From Macrostomum lignano (lineage: Eukaryota), in the NCBI GenBank assembly GCA_002269645.1, contig NIVC01004888.1, positions 1 to 32,222 of the forward strand: a stretch of DNA of 32,222 nucleotides. Reading direction: 5' to 3'. This document shows, piece after piece, positions 11,096 through 21,222 of the stretch. The position numbers were made by a program, and so were the translations under genes. The notes under the pieces are model-generated. The model was given only the letters and a program-made list of their open reading frames with translations, was not told the DNA's origin and did no database searches. Each line of letters begins with the position of its first letter. The stretch's first letter is position 1.

Positions 11096-11568
11096 AACTA
11101 TCAGTCAGATTTCTGACTGATATATTGTTTTATAACCTAGGCTTGCATTTTTGGTGGCATGCATAAATGTTGAATAAAAGCATTTTTTAATTGTTTTAAT
11201 ATTCCAACATACATGTATATTGTTATAATAATGGCATACATAAGTTTATAAAATAAGTATATGCTATCAGTTTCTCAAATAGTAAGCTGCTTGTTGACTT
11301 TAAGCTTGAAAGTTAAAGACTTGAAACTTTGTTTCAAGCTAATGGACATCATTTTGAGGATTTATCATGAGTCTGTCTCTCCTTTGTTTGATGTACTGTT
11401 AACAAAAGTGTTATTTTTTTAGTTTATACTTGGGTTTGGCTACCCTGTTTCGGTCCTCAGAGACTGTAAAATGGGGCCAGATACTCTGCTAGCATTAAAA
11501 ATTTACCAGCATATGACAAATAGTTTTAACCCAGTTTCAAATCGCTCACAAAACAATGGACTTATTGC

Positions 11569-12033
11569 ATGTCTGATCAAGCGTCTCACAGTAGACAACG
11601 CGAAGCTGCGGCCGCCGCCGCCGCCGCTCGCATTGCCAGCAGCGACGAGGACGACGCCAGCTCGAATGGCGACGATGAGGACAGTCTGGACTTTGATCCG
11701 TCTTATTATGACAACACGGACGAGGATATGCTAGATGGAGCCAGCGCCGACTGTCGCTCGCAACCTCAGCATCAGGAATATGAGACTCTATCTGTGCCGC
11801 AGGTTGAGCAGCTGCTCAACGAAGCCGTTGAAGCCGCCTGCTCAGCTCTGGAGCTTCGTCCTGCCACAGCCAGGCGATTATTAATTGCCTATAATTGGAA
11901 TTTGGCCGCTTTGGAAACCGAATGGCGTCGGGATCGGCGCGCGGTGATGCAGAAGGCGCGGATTTTGCCGCCAGATCCCTGCGTGTCCGGTGCTCAGCGT
12001 CCGCCGCTGGGGGCGCCGATGCCTAAGCCACAG
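11569..12033 (+). CDS. ARIH2: Ariadne-2 RBR E3 ubiquitin ligase, exon 1 of 4 (acidic N-terminus with poly-Ala, UBA-like region)
   Basis: MSDQ...acidic tract...ARRLLIAYNWN matches the Ariadne N-terminal/UBA-like segment. Donor CAG|gtagac, 465 nt, phase 0. Confidence 0.85.
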
Positions 12034-12301
12034 GTAGACTAATATCGATTACATTGTGCGCGTTGGGGGATATAATCATAAAAATCTACAGGGGGCTGTG
12101 GTGCACCCTGGTGCGCAATGCTTTCGGTGACTTCATCCCGCAACACCAGCGCTGAAGCAGATCTGCCTATTCTGCTGACTTCTGAGCATATACAAGCCTG
12201 TCAATACTGTACGCAGGATTACACAGGATTTGCAGCGGCTCTGACCTTCTAATCGCTAGCCGTGATGCCATTTACGAAAATCATTAAATCAAGAATGGCA
12301 T

Positions 12302-12900
12302 GGTAGATACAGTAGGTATTGCTATGGGTAGATACAATAGGTATTGCTATGGGTAGATACAGTAGGTATTGCTATAGGTAGATACAGTAGGTATTTCTAT
12401 GGGTAGATACAGTAGGTATTGCTATGGGTAGATACAGTAGGTATTTCTATGGGTAGATACAGTAGGTATTGCTATGGGTAGATAAAGTAGGTATTGCTAT
12501 TGGTAGAAAAAGTAAGGTATTGCTATTGGTAGATACAGTAGGTATTGCTATGGGTAGATGCAGTTGGTATTGCTATAGGTAGATACAATAGGTATTGTTA
12601 TGGGTAGATACAGTAGGTATTGCTATAGGTAGATACAGTAGGTATTTCTATGGGTAGATACAGTAGGTATTGCTATGGGTAGATACAGTAGGTATTTCTA
12701 TGGGTAGATACAGTAGGTATTGCTATTGATAGATACAGTACGTAGGTATTGTTATAGATAGATACAGTAGGTATTGCTATAGGTAGATAAAGTAGGTATT
12801 GCTATGGGTGGAAATAGCAGGTATTGCTATGGGTAGATATAGTAGGGTATTGCTGAGTAGATAAAGTAGGTATTGCTCTAGGAGGATATAGTAGGTATTC
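12302..12900 (+). repeat. 25-bp minisatellite (gtagatacagtaggtattgctatgg), ~24 copies, in ARIH2 intron 1
   Basis: Directly visible tandem array. Confidence 0.96.
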
Positions 12901-13103
12901 TTATTGGTAACTATAAATATATATGGCTATGGTAGACAGTAATAATTATGGTAAATAGAGAAGCTGAAAAGGCATAGACAGGACAGGCTCTTACTCTTAA
13001 TGCTGTGATAGACAGCTTTATATAGTCTTGATATAAAATGAATGAATTAATTACGTTAGTAAAAAGCTACATACCCTAATGCCAAATTCGCTTCTTAATG
13101 CAG

Positions 13104-13595
13104 GTAATGCAGCCAGGCATAGCCTGCCAAATCTGCTGCCTACCAACCAGCCCAAACGTGACAGTCAAAGGCTTAGCCTGCGGTCATGTTTTCTGCACAG
13201 ACTGCTGGCAGGCCTACGTAGCCACCCAGCTGCAGGCTAGCAAAGCCGATGTACAGTGCATGGAGCGGGACTGCGCACTGCTGGCCACTGACGATCTAGT
13301 TCTAGCCTGCCTGACCGATCCGGCTGTAAGGCGAAGATTTCACGAGGTTTCATTCCGAGCCCAGATTAGTTCGCATCCTCAGCTGGCCTTCTGCACTCGG
13401 TCGGATTGCACCGGCGTGCTGAGGGCTAAACAGCGGGACGCCAGGCTGGTTGTGTGCGCCCAGTGCAAGTCGGCGTTCTGCTTCGCCTGCGGCTTGGATT
13501 ACCATGCTCCGACTGATTGCGCTCTGATTAAACGGTGGCTGTTGAAGTGCAGAGACGATTCGGAGACTGCTAATTATATAAGCGCGCATACTAAG
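13104..13595 (+). CDS. ARIH2: Ariadne-2 exon 2 (RING1 and IBR domains)
   Basis: CQIC...LACGHVFCTDCW...C (RING1); CTRSDC...CAQC...FCFAC...YHAPTDC (IBR); WLLKCRDDSETANYISAHTK is ARIH2-diagnostic. Acceptor cag|GTA follows a cctaat branch-like site (in-frame alternative acceptor at 13113). Donor AAG|gtgaga, 492 nt. Confidence 0.95.
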
Positions 13596-13611
13596 GTGAG
13601 ACTTGCTGACA

Positions 13612-14525
13612 GGCGGACAGACATACACTGCAACAGCAGACAGACACTGCAACAGCAGACAGACACTGCAACAGCAGACATACACTGCAACAGCAGACAG
13701 ACACTGCAACAGCTGACAGACACTGCAACAGCTGACAGACACTGCAACAGCAGACAGTCAGACACTGCAGACAGACAGACACTGCAACAGCAGACAGTCA
13801 GACACTGCAGACAGACAGACACTGCAACAGCTGACAGACACTGCAACAGCAGACAGTCAGACACTGCAGACAGACAGACACTGCAACAGCAGACAGACAC
13901 TGCAGACAGACAGACACTGCAACTGCAGACACTGCAGACAGACAGACACTGCAACAGCAGACAGACACTGCAATAGCCGACAGACACTACAACAGCAGAC
14001 AGACACTGCAATAGCAGACAGACACTACAACAGCAGACAGACACTGCAATAGCAGACAGACACTACAACAGCAGACAGACACTGCAATAGCAGACAGACA
14101 CTACAACAGCAGACAGAGACTGAAACAGCAGACACTGCAACAGCAGACACTGCAGACAGACACTGCAACAGCAGACAGACACTGCAAAAGCAGACAGACT
14201 GCAACAGCAGACACTGCAGAAAGAAAGATACTACAGACAGTCAGATAGACACTTAAAACAAAGAGACAGGCGGTCAGACAAGATAGGTTCAGTTGGACAG
14301 CTAGATATGTACAAAAAAGACAGGTTCAGACAAGACAGACCTTCTATGGTAGTCCACACAGTCCACACATAGAAGACAGCAGGTCCAGACAACAGAAAAT
14401 GCAACTTCAGACAGACAGGTAAGGAAATACCAACAACCAGGTCCAGACATGAAAGACAAACAGACCCAGACATAAAAGACAGGCAGGTCCAGACGACAGC
14501 AAAGACAACTTCAGACAGACAGATA
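13612..14525 (+). repeat. 19-bp GACA-derived minisatellite (caacagcagacagacactg) decaying into GACA-rich sequence, in ARIH2 intron 2
   Basis: Tandem array to ~14230, then a degenerate gacag-rich tail. It is the source of the spurious Cys/Gln-rich ORFs in the track. Confidence 0.95.
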
Positions 14526-14639
14526 ACCAGATCACAAAAGCCAGCTTGTTTGAATACTGTCGAAACGCAGTTTTAGAAAGTCTGTAAATGCTGTCATCCT
14601 AGTTAGCACCAAAACGAACACTCTAACCTCCCAATCCAG

Positions 14640-15101
14640 GACTGTCCAAAATGCGGAGTTTGCATCGAAAAGAACGGCGGCTGCAATCATATGCAGTGCT
14701 TCAAGTGCAGATTCGATTTCTGCTGGGTTTGCCTCGGCGACTGGCGTCAGCACGGCAAAGATTTCTACGAGTGCAGCAAGTACAAAGAGAATCCGTCGAT
14801 GCTTAGCGAGGCCGCCGCAGGCGCCCAGGCTCGCGAGGCGTTGCGCAAATATCTGCACTATTTCACCCGCTGGGACAATCACGGCAAGTCGCTGCGATTG
14901 GAGGCCGACGCTTTGAAAAAGATTCGCGACCGAATTGAAGAGCGCGTCATGCTGAGCGAGGGCACCTGGATTGATTGGCAGTACCTGATTGTGGCGGCTG
15001 AGATGCTGCGCCGGTGCCGCTACACCCTGCAGTACACCTACCCGTACGCCTATTTTCTGCCTAAGGGTCACGTGCGCAAGGAACTGTTTGAGTATCAGCA
15101 G
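14640..15101 (+). CDS. ARIH2: Ariadne-2 exon 3 (RING2/Rcat with catalytic Cys, Ariadne domain)
   Basis: [35 protein letters not shown]; catalytic Cys codon at 14682-14684; GTWIDWQYL and [13 protein letters not shown]. Acceptor ccag|GAC after ctctaac; donor CAG|gtgagt, 462 nt. Confidence 0.97.
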
Positions 15102-15139
15102 GTGAGTTTAAGTTAAAATAAAGTTTTCTGTACTGTCCA

Positions 15140-15580
15140 TTGAAAACGATACCGTGACAAGAATAGCTGAAGAATCGTTGCAAACAATTGTCTAGTGACT
15201 CTAGCGACTCTGGATTCTGGAACGACTCAAAACGCGTCAAATGCGACAGAGAGGCTGAATCGTAGAGTCGCAGAATCGTAAAAGAGTCACGGTAGATTCG
15301 TCCAAGAATCTCTGTGTTGGCGCTTAACTTTCACCGGGGATGTGACTCTAATTTCATCAAGCAACGCAAATGCGCCTCAAGCACAACTTTGTGACTAGAG
15401 TGGTTTCAGAGTCGCAGACAATAAAACGCTTTAAAGTGACTCTTAGGTGACTCTTTGACGACTTTATGGCGACCTGTACCGTGACATCTCGTAGTTTTAG
15501 AGTCTTCTAGAGTCACTTCTTTTCTATTTTACCTGAGTTTCCTGAGTTACCTGCAACGACTGAAACGACTTTGGGCCGAG
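15140..15580. repeat. GACTC/GAGTC-rich low-complexity, partly palindromic segment in ARIH2 intron 3
   Basis: Many gactc/gagtc motifs in both orientations, e.g. agtgactctag (~15195) vs ctagagtcact (~15505). Confidence 0.45.
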
Positions 15581-15764
15581 GCAAGGGACCTTTTTGGCCT
15601 AGGTACCATGGAAGTCATGTTGCCAATGACTTTTCAACTTTACTTGTTGCCATTCTGAAGTTGGACCCAGGATGCCAAATTAAAATTGGAGTAATCTGTA
15701 AATATGGAGTCTGCAGAATTCTTTGACTAGCTGGCATCCTGGTTTTCAATTTGGCACTACAATT

Positions 15765-16067
15765 GCGATGCCCAGTGGTTAGAGCGTCGGACTCACGACT
15801 GAAAAGTCGGGGGTTCGATTCTCGGTCCACTCGGAACAATTTGGGTCCTTGAGCAAGGCACTTAACTCTGCATTGCTTCAGTTCACCCAGCTGTAAAATG
15901 GGTGCCAGCATTAGTTGGGGTAATTGAGGGTGTGTGGCAACCCCCAGTCCTTGGACTGAACAGCCGTACGCAGCCTTCAGATGCGCCGCGCAATAGCTGT
16001 GGCTGAGCTGTCGGTTGCACATCTGCCCATTATAGGTGTAAGTGTAATCAGTTATTATTATTATTAT
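15765..16067 (+). mobile_element. tRNA-derived CORE-type SINE in ARIH2 intron 3
   Basis: Pol III A-box region cccagtggttagagcg and B box ggttcgattc (15812-15821). MIR/CORE-like domain ccttgagcaaggcacttaactc..tgcttcagtt..ctgtaaaatggg (~15847-15902). (TTA)5 tail at 16052-16066. Confidence 0.8.
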
Positions 16068-16354
16068 ATGTGATGCTTAAAAAACCCTGGCTTATCAATT
16101 TTACACTTGATAGCAACACGATTGAAGAGAATAAAGTTTAATATAGAGAACGGAAAGGTAGAATGTCTAGCAATAGCACAAGGACGTATTAGACTAGTAT
16201 AAGAGTCGTTTGAATTTTAAAAAAAGTTAAATGAGTCGCGTAGAGTCTTGTTGGGAGACAGTTTTTGTAGCATTTTTAGTATCTAATATATTTTCTACTA
16301 ACAGTAGTGTTAAGGGCAAAAGCGTTTGACTCTAACCATTTCTGTGTTCAACAG

Positions 16355-16498
16355 GCTATGCTGGAGAAAGCTGTCGAAGATCTGTCCTTCCTTATCGAGC
16401 GGGCCGATCTGTCGGATCGGTCCCATCGGGGCCAGGTTGAAAACCAGATGTTCCACTGCGAGAAGATGCGCGAATTCCTTGTTAAGGAGTTTCACTGA
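16355..16498 (+). CDS. ARIH2: Ariadne-2 exon 4 (C-terminal Ariadne domain and stop)
   Basis: AMLEKAVEDLSFLIERAD...VENQM...FLVKEFH* matches the ARIH2 C-terminus. Acceptor aacag|GCT after ctctaac; frame is consistent with exon 3. Confidence 0.93.
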   Translation, partial: AMLEKAVEDLSFLIERADLSDRSHRGQVENQMFHCEKMREFLVKEFH

Positions 16499-16579
16499 CT
16501 CATTCACGCAACGACTTTTTTACTTTGCGTTGTTTTCAATTTGTTCAAATTGTTCATGCGTAATAGATCGGAAATTCCC

Positions 16580-16826
16580 AGAGTGAGATGGGTATCCTAG
16601 GTGGATAGAGGTGAGTGTCCTATGTAGATTTAGGTGGGTGTCCTATGCAGATTTACTCGTATGTGGGTGTCCTAGTCGGGGTGAGATAGGTGTCCTATGT
16701 GGGGTGAAACGGTTGTCTTAGGCGGAGTCAGTTGGGTGTTTTAGATGGGGTGGGGATGTGTGTTCTAGCCAGACTGAGATGGGTAATCAAAAAGGAGTGG
16801 GTGGGTGTTCTAGCCAGACTGAGATA
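16580..16826 (+). repeat. Degenerate gggtgtcctatgt tandem repeat downstream of the ARIH2 stop
   Basis: About 8 g(g/a)gtgt(c/t)cta motifs at ~20-bp spacing. Confidence 0.6.
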
Positions 16827-16827
16827 G

Positions 16828-16928
<101 letters not shown>

Positions 16929-18583
16929 CTTACTCTAATTTCAAAGCCGTGTAAAGTTTGGATCCACCGATCTTAACTCCAACTCAAAGACCCCTAATTA
17001 ATCCCAAAATTTGTCGCCCTAGTGCCGTAATGCTTCCGTTTCGTGAGCACGAAATTCCATGCGGGCATGCAGATTACGGAAGCAATTGCTCCCACAATAG
17101 GGACGCTTGTCCCATTGAGAAGATGGAAGAAACACGGATGAATTCCCCTATATACTCAAGTCGCTGAGCTAGGCGAGGTGTTTCAGTGTTGAAAGGAAAG
17201 CCTTTTGTCTATGCAAATGCAACCGGCTGGTCAATCGCTGTTGTGGGCGGTGGTGTTTGGTGGTGGGCAGTTGAGTGTGAAGAGTCCGGTTCGTTCGGGG
17301 GGTTGCTTTGACCCTTCCGCTTTCGCGAACAACATATTAGACTGCGTAGTTTTTGTATAGTAGACTAGCGCGGCTCACCACCCCCCCCTCGGGTAGCTCA
17401 CCCTCCAAGTTCTTGTCATATAGCCCGAAGGTCTACGACTCAACACCCGCACCGCTGGACTGGGGAGTTCTAAGGACACGTGGCCACCGACTCTAACCGG
17501 TTTTAATCGAGCAAATGCGTCCCTCTACCGGCAGCTCAAAAAGAGAAGAGGCCAAGTGAGAGAAATGGAGAGACGCTGGCCTCTCATCTCTTTGATTCGC
17601 GGCTGTTTAGCTGAAGGGCCGGAGTTCCCTACAGAGCGAGCGCGTGCCCTGCCCGCGTCCGGCTCTGAGCTGAAGCATCCGTCACTGGCCTCCGATATTT
17701 GACTGAATAGTGGGCCGACTATTCTTTTAAAAGCAAGCAGAAAATATTGGTATTGTTGCAGAAAGATCGTTCGTCGATGGGGTCTGTATCTATCAGTCTC
17801 TCCTATGCGCTGAAGGGATATTAGAGCCAACACTTCACGCCTCCCTGTGTGGCAGCTCTGAGCAAACATGGGTCTACCGCCAGTTGTGGAGGCAGTCCTC
17901 TGCGCACACCTGAACTCCCAAATCGCCAGCCCCGAGCACACGGAGCCAAAACAGTTCACTGTTTCCATAACCAGCGAGTCCCAGTGAGTTTTTTGACTCC
18001 TCCATCTTTGGGGACTCCTCTCACTGGATAGTCTGGCCGCGTGTCTTTCAGCGCCTCTGTCAACAAACCGAGCGAGACAGACAGAGCGGTGACTGCAGGC
18101 GTTCGACGTCCTGATGTGTAAAAAATATGATAAAACCGCATGCGTATTGAATCTGCTATGAATCTGTCTCTGACTGTCTCTCTCTATTAGACAATGGTTA
18201 GCTGAGACAGAACTTTGGCCCGCATAATCCCAGAGAAATAATCCCAATTATATTCCTCCCTTAACCCACTCGTCAGTCAGCTAGCAAGGTAAGGGAGGTG
18301 TGCTGAGATCGCGGGCCCTGTTGGCAAACAATCATGCAATACTCTGGCACCACTCGATGCAAACTCACCGCAAACCGCCAGCACACGGCTGCTTATTTCT
18401 GCGTGAATGAGGCGGCTGAGTGAGTGGGAGAACCTGCACAACTGATGAGGACCCACTCGCGAGGACACTTTGCAGACACTTTTCATCCACTTAACCCGCC
18501 TAGATAGCCAGCCTCTCACTGCCTCATCACCTGATGCTGAAGCAGCGAGGGCCTGCTCAAGAGAACACTGGAGCTTCCCTACC

Positions 18584-19212
18584 AAAAATATGTTACTTAT
18601 TGAGCGCTTGCGTCCTGCGCGCTCAAGTCAAAGAAATATGTTTACTAATTGCGCGCTTGCGTCCTGCGCGCTCAAGTCAAATAAATGTTTACTAATTGCG
18701 CGCTTGCGTCCTGCGCGCTCAAGTCAAATAAATGTTTACTAATTGCGCGCTTGCGTCCTGCGCGCTCAAGTCAAAGAAATATGTTTACTAATTGCGCGCT
18801 TGCGTCCTGCGCGCTCAAGTCAAAGAAATATGTTTACTAATTGCGCGCTTGCGTCCTGCGCGCTCAAGTCAAAGAAATATGTTTACTAATTGCGCGCTTG
18901 CGTCCTGCGCGCTCAAGTCAAAGAAATATGTTTACTAATTGCGCGCTTGCGTCCTGCGCGCTCATGTCAAAGAAATATGTTTACTAATTGCGCGCTTGCG
19001 TCCTGCGCGCTCAAGTCAAATAAATGTTTACTAATTGCGCGCTTGCGTCCTGCGCGCTCAAGTCAAAGAAATATGTTTACTAATTGCGCGCTTGCGTCCT
19101 GCGCGCTCAAGTCAAAGAAATATGTTTACTAATTGCGCGCTTGCGTCCCGCGCGCTCAAGTCAAAGAAATATGTTTACTAATTGCGCGCTTGCGTACTGC
19201 GCGCTCAAGTCA
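18584..19212 (+). repeat. 47/49-bp CpG-rich minisatellite, 13 copies (aaagaaatatgtttactaattgcgcgcttgcgtcctgcgcgctcaagtc)
   Basis: 13 cores counted by eye; near-identical, abutting with no spacers; two length variants. Confidence 0.97.
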
Positions 19213-19789
19213 TGCGACCCACAGGAAAAATTGCTGCTCCAGATTCTGCTTCAAAGTCTCCTTGGCTGCAGGATCCACATCAAGAATCTCGTGCTTCCGC
19301 GGCTAATCCGTGCACGGCGGAGCAAAAACGGAAAGCGAAAATATCGTGTTGATTCGAACAATCTCAAAGCAAAACAGGCACAAAACGTTGCCGCCAAGAG
19401 ATGCCATCAGTTTTCTGAGCAGGCCTTCCTACTCACCTGCTGCTTTGATTTGATTCCGTGATTGACAAGGCTCACGATTTTTAAATCTATTCAAAATTGC
19501 AGCGATCTACGCTTCCAGTTGTTTGTAAACAGCAATGCCAGTGCTCTGCCGTTGTGAAGGACTACGGTTGAAAGAGAGAATAAACAGAAGACTTGAGGAA
19601 ATCGCAAAGAAAAGCAAAAATTTCCCGTGCTTTGCCGGCAAAAGAGACAATGCCTGCCGAATATCAAGAAAGTGCCAAACATGCTGGCACGCGATTATCT
19701 TTGTTGTGTTTTCTTCTCGGAGTATTTATAGCTTTTTCTATTATCTTCTGTCTAGGTCACCTTACGGTATTGAATTTTCCGTGTCTCTA

Positions 19790-20110
19790 CATCTACATCT
19801 CTACTCCATCCCATCCCGTTCGCTACATCTCCCTCTTCCTCTTCATTCTCTCCTGCCTCTCTCCACCTTCATTCTCTCTACTCTCTCCAAATTATGTGAA
19901 TTTATCCCTCCATTCTCGCTAACCTCTTCCTCTCTTTCTCCACTTTTCCTCTACCTCTCTCTCTCTCTCCCTCTCTACTCCCCCTCTACCCCTACCTCTC
20001 CCTCTCCACTCCCCTTTTACCCCCATCTTCCTCTCCACTGCCCATTTACCACTCCCTCTCTACCTCTTCCTCTGCACTCCGTCTACCTCTCCCTCTCTGC
20101 TCCTCTGCTT
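19790..20110 (+). repeat. C/T-rich low-complexity tract
   Basis: Polypyrimidine ctctcc/ctctac runs. Confidence 0.9.
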
Positions 20111-20950
20111 CCGTCCGCAGTCATATCAGCAATCCGACACACCCACCCGCCAGCTCCATGATAGCTATGAGTGACACAGCACGCCTGTCAATAAACCCAT
20201 TTTTGGAACAGTAAAAACAGTAACTGGCTACACAGTACACGTCTCCCCATTTCCCCAGTCAGACATTTGTTTGACAGGGCCAATGCCGAAACCAGTAACT
20301 GACGCTTGACCTCTGTTGCCCCTCGACTTCTATTGTTTTTATTTGTCAAGTTTTGTTAGTTTTTTGTTGCCAAGCCGGTAAGTAACTCCGCGATCTATGC
20401 AATACGGAGCCAAGACTGCCGCTCCGCTCCTGAATTTCGGATGGATAGTCAAAAGACTCTGTGGGTCACCAAATGTGTAAGAATATTAAACAGTTACTGG
20501 AATAGACAAGTGATTTCTTACGAACAGCTGCAAATTATTTCTGCATGCAACATCATCAATTGCTAAGTGCCTCAACAGCGAATCGTTTAACTCCTTGATA
20601 ATTAGCGCTGACAGAGCAGACCCTCGCCTCAACAAGCTGCCCGGTGGGGGCGCCATCATTGACCAAGGCGGTAAAAGGCATCGGGCATGATCTTGGCAGA
20701 CTGGAGACCCTTTGTTTCCTACTGACGCCACTGCGGAGCTCTCGCCGCTTCAGGCACCTGGCTGGCTGACCAGAGACTGCGCGACCCGCTGGTAACTCTG
20801 TCAGCTGTTCGTCTGCTGCCTGCCGCAGCTGACTGTCTATGTTGGGGACTGCAGGGCGATGCATTATGGCTTGACTGCTTGAAATTTATTATGCTCTTTC
20901 GTGACTAACCAGACCGGTTTGAGGTATCCCTGGGAATATACAGTAGCAGT

Positions 20951-21027
20951 ATAGATATATAGATAGATAGATAGATAGACAGATAGATAGATAAATAGAT
21001 AGATAAATAGATAGATAGATAGATAGG

Positions 21028-21062
<35 letters not shown>

Positions 21063-21063
21063 G

Positions 21064-21122
<59 letters not shown>

Positions 21123-21123
21123 G

Positions 21124-21154
<31 letters not shown>

Positions 21155-21155
21155 G

Positions 21156-21186
<31 letters not shown>

Positions 21187-21187
21187 G

Positions 21188-21222
<35 letters not shown>
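20951..21222 (+). repeat. (GATA)n microsatellite with gaca/aata/ggta interruptions
   Basis: Direct. It is the source of the LSIY-repeat ORFs on the - strand. Confidence 0.99.

Noticed and set aside
1804-11734. Short ORFs in the AT-rich block (1804, 2921, 3069, 7470, 8151, 8768, 11471)
   Set aside because: They lie in repeats or MITEs, or overlap ARIH2 out of frame, and show no protein motifs.
13350-14473. Cys-rich minus-strand ORFs and the Gln/Thr-rich tail of ORF 13098-13976
   Set aside because: These are antisense to exon 2 or translations of the 19-bp intronic repeat. The real frame splices at 13595.
14532-15071. 179-aa minus-strand ORF; likewise the + ORFs over 27079-29258
   Set aside because: Antisense shadows of GC-rich ARIH2 and TMEM168 exons.
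15765-15830. tRNA gene
   Set aside because: A and B boxes are present but there is no complete acceptor stem, and the sequence runs straight into a CORE domain and TTA tail. It is a SINE head.
18290-18340. CLPTGPAIS resembling the reverse-transcriptase motif G(L/V)PQG
   Set aside because: No downstream YxDD motif or other RT motifs in frame.
18442-18475. CTGATGAG hammerhead ribozyme core
   Set aside because: No GAAA after a stem II and no closing helices.
18584-19212. CRISPR-like array
   Set aside because: The repeats abut with no unique spacers, there are no cas genes, and the context is eukaryotic. It is a minisatellite.
19535-20161. 208-aa ORF with a CQTC motif faintly like a piggyBac cysteine-rich tail
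   Set aside because: Cys spacing is incomplete, there is no DDD domain or TTAA-flanked TIRs, and most of the length comes from the C/T tract.
20486-20864. Short minus-strand ORFs (81 and 102 aa) as exons of a third gene
   Set aside because: No recognisable domain or linked exon structure; cannot be supported without homology or RNA data.
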